This document shows, piece by piece, positions 11,980 through 26,184 of a stretch of 64,000 bases of DNA (within the stretch, counting starts at the first letter, position 1; each line of letters opens with the position of its first letter). Below the pieces are notes generated by a model, which had not been told where the DNA came from, did not search any database, and saw only the letters and a list, made by a program, of their open reading frames with translations. A program made the position numbers and the translations under genes. The DNA is from Octopus sinensis (taxonomy: Eukaryota). The stretch lies in the NCBI RefSeq assembly GCF_006345805.1, contig NC_042998.1, positions 143,034,001 through 143,098,000 on the forward strand, given 5' to 3'.

Positions 11980-13070
11980 TTAAACTTAAATGTTGAAGTG
12001 AATCGAATGGCTTTTGTGTGTTTCTTAAATGGCTTACAAACACCTTCCACGCTGCAATTGTTTTCGTTTCAGCAGACGATCTCAGATCAAATAACTTGCT
12101 ATGCAAGTACATCTCTGTAATTCCAATGGTAGAGCAATATGCTTTTCATTAAAGCCGAAAAATCTTTACAAACTGTTACTTAGAATTTCACATTGCTATT
12201 CATTAGGCAGTTGTGATCAGAGTATGATTGCCACTGTCCCATGATTGGTAACATGAAACTCCGAGTAACAATTTGTAAAGATTTGTTTTGGCTTTGATAA
12301 GTACATATGCACACATACTTACAGCAGGCTTCTTTCAGTTTCCACCTTATAAATCTACTCATAAGGTTTTAGTAGAATGCACTCACTCAAGGTGCTGTAC
12401 AATGGGACTGAAACTGAGACCGCATGGTTGTTAACCACACAGCAACAGTATGTATCTTAATAACTTGGTAAAAAGAAAAAGCAAAACAAAATTTAGTAAA
12501 TAAAAGAATTAATTTTTTAAAGTTTTTTTTTTAGTAATTATTGATTAAATTAGAAATTCTTTGCCTTATTAGTTTGAGAAGCAGATCACTAAGTGAATCA
12601 AGCAGTCAAGCATTTAATCTAGTTTAAAGCCATGTCAACTAATTTTTTGGTGAGCAGAGTCATCGGATGGAGAAAATGAAGATGGTGGGGGCATTAAGTG
12701 GGAAAGTCATATCATTAAAATAGAAAGAAACTGAAGTGGGGTGGAGTGTAGTTACCTTTAGGACGACATACTTGACTGAAAAGTTTTCTTTTCACTTGTT
12801 TCAGTCATTGGACTGCAGCCATACTGGAGTAACTGCCTCGAGGGCTTTTAGTTGAACAAATTAGCCTGACTGTTTTTTAAGTCTGGTAATTGTTCTCTCA
12901 GTCTCTGTTGTCAAAACGTTAAGTTATGGGGACACAAACAAACCAACACCAGATGTCAAGTGGTGGTGGAGGACAAATACAAAGATAAAGAAACACACAC
13001 ATTCATATATGTATATGTGCTTGTGTGTGTGTATATGTATGGTAGATGGAAGATACAAGAATTTTTATTG

Positions 13071-13176
13071 ATCACAACAATTGTTTCGACACATCAAGCA
13101 TCAATCCCTCATGGGTGGGGTACTTAGCAACTGGTTCAGGAGCATTTGACAGTACAGATGTGTCTCTTCAGGTGAT
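13071..13176 (-). ncRNA. Type I hammerhead ribozyme with a long stem II insert
   Basis: Minus strand: ATCAC-CTGAAGA-GACACATC-(61 nt)-GATGTGTC-GAA-ACAATTGT-T-GTGAT. The core is complete and the cleavage triplet is GUU. Confidence 0.75.
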
Positions 13177-13321
13177 AAATAGATACAACTTGCTAAAATA
13201 ACAGTTCCACAATGTATCTTCTCATTTTGTGTAAAGAAAAGCAGCAAATTAAAGGATATAGTATTGTTTGTATAGAAGATTGAAATTAAAATAACAGATG
13301 CAAAAAAGGAATGAACACGCA

Positions 13322-13377
<56 letters not shown>

Positions 13378-14679
13378 TTATTTAACATCCGTTTCCATGC
13401 TGGCATGGGCTGGATGGTTCGACTGGAGCTGACCAGCTGGAGAGCTGCTCCGAGTCCAATTGTCTGTTTTGATATGGTTTCTATGACTGGGTACCCTTCC
13501 TATCACTAACCACTTTACAGTGTGTTGGGTGCATTTTATGTGCCACTAGGACAGATACATTCACGTGATACTGGCATGATTGAATTATACATGGCACTGG
13601 TACTGCAAGACAAAGATCTCTCAGCTGGGAGAGGGAGTGGGGCTATGGCCATAAAGGACATGCCTGCATGTACGAATGGCTATAATTTACTTAACTTGAC
13701 ATTCTCAAGTACAGCAAATTTCCACAAGTCCTGGTCCCTTAGCTCTTCTGTGAGGCCCAGCATCTGATGATACACACACACACATCTTATATACATGCTA
13801 GGCTTCCACACACTTTCTGTGTATCAAATTTACTCACAAGGCATTGGTTATCCCAGGACTATAGTAGAAGACACTTGCCCAAGGAACTAAACTTGTGCAA
13901 TGGAACTAAACCCAAAACCATGTGGTTGCAAAACATGCTTCTTTACCATACAGCTATACCTGCATCAAAAGATATGATTGTAAGTTCAAACTCTGTTGTA
14001 GTCATTGTATTGTATGTCCATTCATAGCACAAAAAAAGCATGTCATTGTCTTTAACAGACTGACTTCACAGTTGATATTGTTTGATGTTAACTAAAATTT
14101 AAAAAACTTCCTCCTCCTGGCAGCAAACCACTAAAACTTATGCTTCAATGACTCATGCAAATCTGAAGTTACTGAACCATTTAACTAATAACATCATGCT
14201 TCACTGGAAATATGAATTCAAAAACAACAACAATCTTAATTGCTACTTCTCTTTTTGTTTGTTAGTCTAGAATTGAAAGCTCTTCTAAACTTGAGGTAAC
14301 AATTATTTAGATTTCTTAGACTGATTGATTGGGCTTACTGAGGCTGGATAACAGGACTGAGATTGGATAATAGGACTAACTGTAACTGAGAGATAGTGGT
14401 AACCTAAAATGGGTGATAGGGATAATGGAGGCTGAGTGATAGGGCTCATTGTTCACAGGTGAGATTTTATCTGCATTTAAATTTGGAACCATTCTCTTAA
14501 AAAGTCTCTAATACTCCTACCCTATATGAAAACAAGCCTGTTTAATCCTTAAGACAAGCTTGGCTTAGATAGAAATTGATTTGACACAGAGTTTTACAGC
14601 TGGATGCTCTTCCTGTTACCAAACCTTACCTATTTTCCAAGTAAAGGATTTTTTTCATTTATTTACATCTGTGTAAAGA

Positions 14680-15060
14680 AGTGCCAATCTCTAACTGTGG
14701 AGGGAACCTGTGGAAGAGGTAGACCCAGGAAGACATGGGATGAGGTGGCAAAGCATGATCTTTGAACGTTGGGCCTCATGGAGGTGATGACAAGTGATTG
14801 AAACCTTTAGCGATATGTTGAGCTTGAGAAAACTCATCAAGCCTAGTGAAATCATAGTATTGGCTGATGTCAGTGGCACATAAAAAAAACACCCATTACA
14901 CTGTTGGAGTGGTTGGTGTTAGGAAGGACATCCAGCTGTAGAAACCATGCCAAACCAAACTGGAACTTGATGCAGCTCTCCAGCTTACCAGTTCCTGTCA
15001 AACCATCTAACCCAAGCTAGCATGGAAAGCAGATGCTTAATGATGATGATGATGATGACA
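14680..15060 (+). mobile_element. Interspersed retroposon family C with a (GAT)n tail
   Basis: GTGGTTGGTGTTAGGAAGGACATCCAGCTGTAGAAAC...AGCATGGAAAGCAGATGCTTAA(TGA)n. Related copies at about 5520-5705, 13380-13760 (-), 15900-16110 (-), 28135-28415, 36150-36640 (-) and 37650-37820. Confidence 0.6.
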
Positions 15061-15519
15061 CATACATATTACAAGGGGCTTCTTTCTTTTTCTGTCCACC
15101 AAATCCACTCACAATTCTTTGATTGTTTTAGGGCTATAGCAGAAGACACTTCCTTAAGTGCCATACAGTAGGGCTGAAATATAGTTGGGAAGCAAACTTG
15201 TTAATCACACAGCCAATGATAATGATATGACAGGCTTCTTTCAGTTTCCATCTATCAAATCAATCCACAAGGGCATTGGTTGAGGACACTTGTCCAAAGT
15301 GCAGTGCTATGCAACTGAACCTAAATGATGTGGTTAGAAAAAAAAACCTCTTAAATATACAGCCATGCCTGCTCCTGTGTGTATATGTGTAAAATGATAA
15401 TAAACCTGATACTTCAATCATTATATAATTATTCAAGATGTTATATATTTATAATCCACAAACCTCAATTTATTATTCAATTACTAATTACCGAAGTCTT
15501 CTTTTATGTTGTGAATTAA

Positions 15520-15610
15520 GATGTGTATATATGACCTTTGACACAGATGTGTGCATATGACCTTTGACACAGATGTGCATATATGACCTTTGACTCAAAT
15601 GCGACCTTTT
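15520..15610. repeat. Minisatellite, about 25-bp unit (AGATGTGTGCATATGACCTTTGACAC), 3-4 copies
   Basis: Direct repeats visible in the sequence. Confidence 0.85.
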
Positions 15611-17124
15611 GTTTTCCTTCTGTAGATAATGGATCCTAAGAACTGGGTGTGTCAGGTCCATAGACTGGGTGTTTACTATTTCTATATGCTATAGAATAGA
15701 TAAATAAACTGGTGTTGGGTTACTTGGTGAAATAAGCAAGGAGATAAAAGATTGGACTACAAAATCAAAGATCAGAAGTTCAAATCTGCTGCAAGTATTT
15801 TGTTGTGTGTCTTGATTTCCCATATGATTGCCTTTGTTCACCTGGTGTCATCCAGTTAGCCAGCATGGAAAACAGATGTTAAACTATCATTATGTTAATT
15901 TCATCATCATCATTGTTTAACATCTATTTTCCATGCTGGCATGGGTTGAATGATTTGACAGGATCCAACAAGCTGTTGTTTTGTGTCAAGCTCCAATATC
16001 AGCTTGTGGCATGGTTTCTATGGTTGGATGTCCTTCCTAATGCCAACCACTTTACTGTGTGTAGTGGATGCATTTCTCACACCACTGACACTAGTGATGT
16101 TACCAAGTAAGTTGCATAACTGGAAAAGAAAAGGAATAAGCCTCTTTAATTAAGTGCAGGGTAGGGGCTATTTGAGAGGGGGAAGGTGACTTTGTACAAG
16201 GTGCTGATGATGGGAATTAAAATATGATAGGAGGACAAGCATAGGTGTCTTGCTGTAGAAGAGAAGATACATGGCTACCCTCCATTATATAAGGGTGGGT
16301 GGGAGTAGCTAGGAAGAAATGATGGTAGCAATGGGATGCCAGAGCAAACTATTTAAATAAACACAATTTACCATCTATAGTAATTATACTAGTTACAATA
16401 ATGAATGTAATAATTAATGATATTTATACAAATAATACTAATAAATATAATTATAATAATAATAGTGATAATATTAATGACGGGTATAAACCCAAAATAA
16501 GTGAAATACCTCTGAATAGATAATGTATGCCATACAGCAAAATGTAAACAGAACTGCTACAATTAATTGTAATCTGAATAAAGATTTTAAAACCATGCTT
16601 CAACTGTAATACCAGTAGAAGTGATTATAAGACCAGAATTCAATTCAATTCACTTGGATTTAAAAAGTAACACTATCACCTTCAACTGAATTCCAACACA
16701 GGATGCTTGTTTGAATTAGTTCACTTTGAAAACATCATGAATGATGGACCCTTGATAAAATTACAGCAACTAGGATGCATAATTGCATACAGAGCAATAT
16801 GCAGTCACTGCATTAGAAACATATGTTGGTCAATGTTATATATGCTGTAGAAAACTTTTTAAAAAGAAGTTTGGGATGTGAATAAATCTCCATTTACCTC
16901 TTGGTTATCAGTTATATACTCTATGGAATATTTGCAGTTCTGAATAGGAATACAGAACTACCTGACATGTGAAACTTACAAGTACCAGTATCTCTTTAAG
17001 CTTGAGTACTTTGTAATTGGACTGTGGTGGATTGCCAGCATCTATATCAATTTGTGAGATAATATGATATCCACTAAGATAATATATATCTTTTATATAT
17101 ATGTGTGTGTGTGTATAATAATAA

Positions 17125-17895
17125 TCCTCTCTACTGTATGCACAAAGCCTGAAATTTTGGAGGAGGGGTCTAGTTGATTACATCAGCCTCAATATTTCAC
17201 TGGTACTTAATTTATCAATCCTGAAAGGATGAGAGGCAAAGTTGACCTCAGCAGAATTTGAACTCAGAATGTAGCAACAGACGAAATACTGCTAAGCATT
17301 TTGCCCAGAATGCTTATGCCTTAATGATGATAATATTTATAATAATCCTTTCTACTAAAGGGGAGGGGACTAGTCACATCGACCCCAGTGTTTCACTGGC
17401 ACTTAATTCCTTGACCCTGAAAGGGTGAAAGGCAAAGTTTACCTCAGTAGTATTTGAACTTAGAATGTAAAGGTGGACGAAATTCCACAAAGCATTTTGC
17501 CCAGTGTGTTAATGATTCTGCCAGCTTGCCGCCTTGATGATGATAATGATAAAAATAATAATAATAATGGTTTCAAATTTTGCCACAAGGGCAGCAGTTT
17601 TGGGAGAGGGGTTGAGTCGATTACATTGATCCCAGTGTCTAACTGGTATTTATTTTATTGATCCTGAAAGGATAAAAGGCAAAGTGACCTGGGAGGAATT
17701 TGAACTCAGAACATAGCGATGGGCAAAATACCACTAAGCATTTTGTCCAGCTTGCCACTTTAATAATAATAATAAAAAAATAATAATGATAATAATAATA
17801 AAATAATAATGATAATGATGATGATAATAATAATAATAAAATAATAATAATGATAATGATAATAATAATAATGATGATAATAATAATAATAATAA
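17125..17895 (-). mobile_element. Three tandem family A SINEs followed by a long (TAA/TGA)n microsatellite
   Basis: Three reverse-complement SINE copies, each separated by ATAATA tracts. Confidence 0.7.
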
Positions 17896-18880
17896 TGAGA
17901 TTATTGTATACAGTGGTTACATGTACTATATATGTGTGCATCTGCATGAGGGTGTGTGTATGATATTTGAAGGAGATTTGGCTGCTGTTACTAGCATATT
18001 GATGCCATGTAGAGGCTCCTTTATTGGCTTGCATGGATATCTTGGTGCTGGGTGTGAAGTAGAAACAGTATGTTTTGGTGAGTGTTATTACAAATAGCAG
18101 TAAATTAGTATACACGGTCCCTTATGAGATATATATTTGTGTGGAGCATGCACCAAGTGTACTTGTAGGGTGCATTTGTTTCAGGGCAGATATTAATCTG
18201 CTTGGCCTGACAATAAGTTATCCCGTTTGTTTATATAAGATTGAAGTATTTAGTTTTAGCTAAACTATTTTTATCTGACTAATTCTCTCCCATCTCTGTC
18301 TATCAATCAACACACATATGCACATATATGCATGTGTGTATATATATATATATATATATGTATGTGTATATGTACATGTATGTGTATATACACACACATG
18401 CACATCTGTCTATATACATGTATTCATACATATATATCATCATATGTATATACACACACACAGACATATGCATATATGTATGTATATATTGTGTGTTTGT
18501 GTATATGTGTGTGTGTGTATAATCTTTTTTTACTTGTTTCAGTCATTAGACTGCAGCCATGCTGGGGCATATTCTGTGTGTGTATGTATATACTCATTGT
18601 AACTCTGCCACAGATTTTCTCTGATTACATCACTCCTCCTCCTCTCCCCTCTCTCTGATTTCATCTTTTCCTTTCATTCTAGTTATGCCCCACCCTCTTT
18701 CTCTCTCTCTCTCCGTCTAATTATATCCCTCCTCCCCTCTCTAATATCATTACTCCCTTTTTCTCTTTGATTACATCTTCTCCCCACCTCATTATATCCC
18801 TCTCATTACATCCCCTACTCTGATTACGCCTTTCCGTCCTCTCTGTGATCTTCTTTCCTACCTTTCTCTTTTTGTCTTTG

Positions 18881-18915
<35 letters not shown>

Positions 18916-21625
18916 GTCACCTCTAATTCTCTACTCCCCCTCTCTTTTCCTGCTTCACTAACTATTTGAGCTTGGAAGTTCTGAAGTGTTTGGAATGCTG
19001 TCTTCTTGCACAAGATGTCTGCAAGTAAATACACACACACACACACAGAGGGATAACAATGTTTGTGCCAGTCTTAACTTACTCCAAGTAGTTCAGGCCT
19101 CAGTAAATCGTCTAATTATGTGATAATGTAGGCTGATGCTTACAACATTATGTAGAGTGATGCAAATAACATCAACTACAACAATATCAACAACAATAAT
19201 TATAGTTCACCAAACTCACAGTAGATGAATCATTATAAGTTTAAGGAGCAAGATATAATCAGATGAAGGGAGATAAATAGAAACACTTTAAAATTTCTGT
19301 TGCAAATACTTTGACCCTCTTTTTATATTTTTTTACATCAATTCAAATTTTCTGATGATGATGTGTGTATAGTGTTATTTTTTTTTCAACTTCTAAATGC
19401 TATTTTTTTTTGGTGGGTGGTAAGGGCTTAATTTTTTTTCCTCATTCCTCATCATAGATTCATGAGTCTGTTTGTTATAATTCTTTTTAAATTTGGCACA
19501 AACCCAGTCCAGTAATTTTGAGAGGAGGGAGCAAGTTGATTATACCAACCCTGCAGTACTTGACAGGTATTTTTTTTTTAATGCCTTTCCTCTCCCTAAA
19601 AAGATGAAAGGTAAAGTTGACCGTGGTGAAATTTGAACTCAGAACATGAAGAATTGGAGGAAATACTAGCAAAGGCATTTGTTCTGGTGCTCTACAGTGT
19701 GTGTGTGTAGTGTAGTGTCCTTTTTTTCAACTGTTAAATTCTGGGGATTTGGTGGTGGTGGTGGTGGGGGGGGGGGAACTCCCAATTTTTTTTGTTTATT
19801 CTTCATTGCCATTCGTCTTTATCTTTTATTTTTTACTTGTCTCAGTCGTTGGACTGTGACTACATTAGGGCATCACCTTGAAGGATTTAGTCAAACAAAT
19901 CAACCCCAGTACTTATTTTATAAACCTGGTACTTATTCTATTGGTCTCTTTTGCCAAATAGCTAAGTTACTGGGATGTAATTAACCAATGCTGGTTTCCA
20001 AGCAGTGGGGGGTGGGGTAAAAACACACACACACACACGTGAGGGCTTCTACATAGTTTTTATCTACCAAATTAACTCACAAGTTATTGGTTGACCAAAA
20101 GCTATTGTCCAAAATGCCATATAGTGGGACACATTTGTAATAATTCTTTCTAATTTTGGCTCAAGGCCAGCCCAGAAATTTTGAGGAGGGGGGCAAGTTG
20201 ATTACATTGACCTCATCACTTGACAAGTACCTTTATTTTCTTTCTTCTTTTGAACAGAATTGTTTTGGTGTAGCATTGTATGATATTAAATTAGATAAAA
20301 CTTCTTAAGAACAAAACAATTTTTCATGTTGTGTTATTGTTTTTATTTTATCAATTTCCAAAGTTGACCCTGGCGAAATTTGAGCTCAGAATATGAAGAG
20401 CCAGAAAAATTACCAGTAAATCATTTGATCTGATGCTCTAGCGATTCTGCCAGCTCAATGCCTTAAAGTCTATTTGTAATAATATTCCTTTGTTGGTGGC
20501 GAGCTGGGTGAAGTGCTTAGCAATATTTTGGCTGCCATTACATTCTGAGTTCAAATTCTTCCAAGGTCGACTTTGCTTTTCATCCTTTCGGGGTCGATTA
20601 AATAAGTACTAGTTACGCACTGGGGTCGATGTTATTGACTTAATACCTTTGTCTGTCCTTGTTTGTTTCCTCTATATTTAGCCCCCTATGGGCAATAAAG
20701 AAACAAATAATATTCTCTTGTTCTAAGTAATGTTAAGTTTGTCTGTAGTGATGTGGAAATCATCCTTTCAGCCCAGGTGTGATGTGTGTATATGTATGTT
20801 TTATGGCTGTGAAGACGCACTGAAATGGTGGTAGTGGCAGTGGCTGCTGCTGTTGTTTTTATGTATCTTTACTTGGTGCAATTGTAAGTTGTACTATTTA
20901 CTTCATCACTCATTTTAAATCTAGGCCAAGTACCTTCTGCTTACTTTGACTTCCTTTCGCTTCATTTTTGCCTCTTGAAACTTTATTTTTGTTTTTCTGA
21001 TTAATTATTGTTGATGTTTTTTTTTCTTTTTTGATGTTGAAATTATTCTTCTAACTGACATGACTGGTTAAAACTATGCATCATTTTTGATGCAAAGTAC
21101 AATATAGTTTTGCATGGATTATCACCACCATCATCATCATCATACCATTCCCTTTTCCATGCTTTCATGAATCAGACAGATTTTATTGGGGCATATTTTT
21201 CTACAGTTAGATGGATGCGCTTCCTGTCACCAACCCTCACCTGTTCAATATGAGGTAATATTTTCTCATGACCAGATATGTTTTTCATGGAAGACTGGAA
21301 ATAAACAACATTGCTTGTATGACAATGATGCTCATTTACAACTATCATGTGATGTCAAGGCAAGGCAGCACAAACACACACACACACACAATGGACTTCT
21401 TTCAGTTTCCATCCAATAAATACACTCACAAGGCTTTGGTTAGCCCTGGAGCTATAGTAGAAGACACTTGCCCAAGGTACCAGACAGTGCGACTGAACCC
21501 AGAACCAAGTGGTTGCAAAGGACAGGTTGGCTGCTTGGCTTCCCTCCCTTCTAATATTTACTCATCTCTTACCTGTTTTTCCAACTTGCGAGTATCTATA
21601 TTATTGTCATCTTGTTGCGATAATG

Positions 21626-22093
21626 CTGTGTAACAAATTTTTTATGTTTGTCTTTGATCAGTGTTATTTCCTGTTTGCTTTTATTTAGAACTCAAGGTAA
21701 ATTACTACTATTCCATTCAAACTTTGCTTTTGTGTTTTGAAACTGACCTATTTTCAATTACATTTCAGACAGATTCAGTTCTGAGTTGCTGAAGCAGAAA
21801 TATCGTAATAGCAAATATTCCGCTCACACTCAATACCACAGATTTGCCTGTCAGTTGCTTGACCTTAACCACTTGAGCATGTCTCTTAGTGGCTGACAAT
21901 ATGTGCATCTTTGATCATGAGCTCGAGTAATGGGGGAGCATCCTAGCCATGTGTCGAAACGGATTCTTTGGGGTTTGAATAAATGTAACAAAAGCAGAGT
22001 TTGAAGGAAATATTAGTCAGTTTTCATAGTTTCTAGGGAGAAGCAAATAGGAAATAACAGTTACTACCCAAGGACAAAAATTGCATGACACAG
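21626..22093. mobile_element. MITE with about 110-bp imperfect TIRs
   Basis: Ends CTGTGTAAC.../...TGACACAG with inverted GTTATTTCCTGTTTGCTT/AAGCAAATAGGAAATAAC and TTCAAACTTTGCTTTTGT/ACAAAAGCAGAGTTTGAA. Second copy at 42407-42891. Confidence 0.75.
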
Positions 22094-25000
22094 TTGTCTT
22101 CCTACTAATGTCTGTTTCCCTTTTTTAACTACTTCACCCCTTTATTCATTCTTCACTGTAACTTTGTCTCCCTCTCACTACTTCCCAATCAATATATTCA
22201 GCACCCCCAGTACACATTTAAACTCTCTCACCCCCACCCCATCCCAGTGAAGGGTCCTGCCCCAAAACCTTAGATTTTTTCCCCCCTTCTCATTGCAGTA
22301 ATATAATTCATTCCACTTTGCAATCTATTTGTATTACGGTCTTGCAAGGTGTGAGGCACCCTCACAAATGCTGGTGCCATGTAAAAAAGCACCTACAACA
22401 CTTTATATTCTGTGAAGTGACTGACATTAATAAGGATATCTTGTTAAAGAAACCATGTGAAGTAGACATTGGTGCATGATGCAGTCTCCTGACTTGTCAT
22501 ACTTTGTCAAACCATTCAACCCATTCCAGCATGAAAGCTGGGCATTTCATGATGATGATGATTGCTAGTTTCATTCAATTCTCCTTCAGTTCTATTTTGT
22601 TCCTAGTTTTTTTTTTTTTGTAAGATATCAGAAGGGAGATTTGGCTGCTATTTCTGGAAAGTCAAGCAATCTAGTAAAGGTGCCCTCATTGGTTTACTTA
22701 TGGAATATATGGTTTGGTTAGAAAGCCTTAATGCATGATTCACACCCTAGCCATCTCTATTCCCAGAAAAAATAGGGATAATTAGTTTTATCTCATCAAG
22801 GACTGTTCAACCCCTCTTGCATTAGTACCATGTAAAAACCACCCAGTACACTTTGTAAAGTGGCTGGTGTTAGAAAGGGCATCCTGCTGTTGAAACCATG
22901 CCAAATGACTCATGTGAGTACCAGACTATGAGAACAGTTGTTCCCAATAGAAAATGGCTCAGACTGTGATGATTTGTCAACCTATGGGAAACAAACATAA
23001 AATGATGATGACAATTATGTTGCTGCTGCTGCTGATGACATCGATGATGCCACTGCCATTGCTAACTATGACTCTGTAATCCAAAAGAAGGATGAAGTAT
23101 AAAACTGAGACTTCGATTATAGAATACTTCTTGATTCAAAATTAAGATGTTGATTATTTGGAATTCTTTGTTGGCATCAGTAGGACAAATGTCAATAAAA
23201 GACATGTATGGAAAGCTGCATTTTTGTCTTACATTCAATAGTATGCAGTCATAAGACTACCTGTGAGGACTATCCAATATTTTATTAGTTCTCTATTGAT
23301 CTCAACATCGAAAAATAGAAATCAATTTTGATTAGAAAACACCAAGCATTCTGGCAAGGATTTTGCACCATTCACTAAATTTATCTCTATCCCCATCTCT
23401 ATCCATTCTGTCGCTCTCCTTTCACACTCTTATGAACTTACCTACCCATTCACCTTGTCCGTTCCTCTTCATCACTTCTTATGCTCATCAGAATATGTCC
23501 TGACAACCCTTCACCATCTTCTCTTCTTTTCCAACTGGGGAAGACGTGTATCTCCTCTGCTGCAAGACATCAGCTTCTGTCCCCCTATCATACTTTAAGC
23601 TTTTCATTACTTGGCGCAAAGCCCCCTCCTTCAATCCTACATTCCAAAGGATCCTGTCTTGTAAGGTACTTGATTATCTCACTAATGCTGGTGCTACATA
23701 AAAAAAGCATCCAGTACACTCTGGGAAATGGTTGGCATTAGGAAAGGCATCCGACCATAACATCTATGCCAAAGTAGATACTGGAGCTTCATGCTGTCTT
23801 CTGACTCATTGACTCTTGTTGAACTATGTAAGCCATGCCAGGATGGAAAACAGACATTAAATGGTGATGATAAGGATGGTGATTTTGGTGTTATTCTTCT
23901 TGATATTTATTTCTCATTTCCTTTTCATTAAGGGCTGGTCAATGCTTACACTTAAACAGGACGTAATTTTTGAAACTACATGTATCTGGGGCTCTCAAAC
24001 TGGGATAAACAAGTGAAATTATGAGGGTAAGTGAGGTTTGTAAAAACACTGGATTTTTGAAGTAACTACAACCAATTAACTCATGTGTCTAAAAAATCTG
24101 TGAAGAAGACATTTGGCTATTCCCATCCATTTATTATTGTTGTGAACAGGATTTTTCACCAAGAACAAATTTTGTGTCCAGCTGTCAACTGAGAATGATA
24201 TGGGGTTACCTCTGAAACTTTACTTAGGACTGAATTACTTGTTAGAAAGAACCTGGCTGATCTCATTAAAAGTGAAACATTAAATTAAATTAATTTCTAA
24301 TACAGGACCCAAGGCAAGAAATTTGGGGGAGGGAACAGTCAATTATATTCAGCCTAGAACTTGACTGGCTTTTTAACCTTGAAAGGACAAGCTGTAAAGC
24401 TGGTCCCAGAAGAATTTGAATTATTATAAATTAAATAAGCACAGTTGTGACTGTGTAGATAAGAAGTTTGCATCCCAACCATGTGATCTCAGGTTCAGTC
24501 CCACTGTACAGCTCTGTAGGTAAATGCCTTCTACTATAGCCATGTTTAGCTTCATTCCTCTCTGTTCTGAGTTCAAATCTCACTGGAATCATCTTCATTT
24601 TCTGTTCATCCAAAGTTAATAAAATAAGTATTGATTTGTTTTGTCTACCACCATCACCACCACCTTTTTTTTCCAGAGTGAGCATTTTATTCAATAGACC
24701 TTGACTGATAACAATAAATGAAATCCATTATTATGCAAAATATGTTTATTTTAAAAATGGCAGCTGTTGTATAAAAGAAAGTTATGGAGAGAATAACAGG
24801 AGTTTTTACTTAATGCAAGCCAAGTTTGACTTTGTTGTTTTAACTAACTTTCATTGGTACACAATTACAATAGAGAAAGTGAGGAAGAGACTAGGTGGAG
24901 GAGTATATGTCAAATATTGGCTGACTTTAAAGCTGACTGGTGGCCCAGCACATAAAGAACAGGTTTTCATTGTAAATACTAGAGGTAGATGATACCCATT

Positions 25001-26184
25001 TACACAGCTGCTGCTTACATCTCTTGCTGTTACAGTGATCTTTTATGCCCTTAGATTTATATTCTGAACATTGCTGTCATTATGGGGGTGGAGTGTTGAT
25101 AGCAGAATTGGTAGAGAGCCAGAGAAAAATATCTTGTGATGTTTGGTTGTTCCTTCTGTCTTCTGAGTTCAAATCCTTATACAGAACCACTTTGCCCTTT
25201 ATCTTTCTGAAATTAATGAAACAAGTACCAGTTGTAGAAATACGTATTGGATATGATGTAATCAACTGTAATTTAGGAGGTGGTGCTCCAGCATGACCAC
25301 TGTACTATGATTGAGCCTGTAAAAGGATAAATAATCTCTGTTTTTGAAATATTGGACTACAGGCTCACACGTCATACATTTATATCTTCTACAAATATTT
25401 CATTAAGTATCAGAACATGACTCTAAATTCTTAAATTCTACATTGTTTGAAAATAGCAATGAAGCCTTCTGGTAATGTTATTCACATAAGATTCAAATGT
25501 CATGCATTCAAAATTCTAAATCATGAATTAAGTTTGTGGAGAAATATACCTGATGTGATTGGTTGTTGCTTAATCGTTCTGATTTCAACCTGCCCAAGAC
25601 TGCCTTTGGTTCTATGATACAAATTTCCTGTTTTAAAGTGATCTAAGTTAAAACCTTCCATCAAAATTTCATGTTAATTTTTGTTCCAAATACCAGTTTA
25701 ATCTTGACAAAGTTATTCTACTAAATTATTCATTCATTTTGAGAATTAACTGAAGCAAAGGCAGCATATTTCAACAGAAATGTGATAAATTAAAGCGTTA
25801 AAGTGATCTAAATTAAAATTTTATGTTAATTTATAGTCTAAACATCAGTCTAATAATGAAAGTTATTTTACTGAATTCTTTAATATTTTCAGAATAAACT
25901 GAAACAAAGATTGTGTATATCAAGAGATATGGGAACAAAGATGTCTTAATAGGTTAACCATATATGCTATTAAAAAGGCCATTGAGTTCATGACAGTATT
26001 TCATTTTAAATAAAATGTCATATTTCTAGAAAATGAAATCTTATAGTAATATTGGTTTCAAATTTTGGTACAAGGCCAGCAGTTTCCAGACAGGGTTCTA
26101 GTTGATTATATCAATCCCAATTAGTACCTATTTTGTCTTCAAAAAGATGAAAGGCAAAGTCAACATCAGTGGAATTTATTAATT

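Larger units (their letters stand above)
11783..12061. repeat. Near-perfect palindrome: 133-bp arms, 13-nt spacer
   Basis: 11783-11915 versus 11929-12061 shows 2 mismatches by eye. The direct repeat TTCCAATGGTAGA occurs at 11771-11783 and 12121-12133. Confidence 0.95.

Noticed and set aside
11584-12120. 178-aa ORF and its antisense 94-aa ORF
   Set aside because: They arise from palindromic and microsatellite sequence, with no protein-like features or splice context.
22240-22280. CCAGTGAAGGGTCCTGCCCAAAACCTTAG as a hammerhead relic
   Set aside because: Both core segments are corrupted and no stem I can be drawn.
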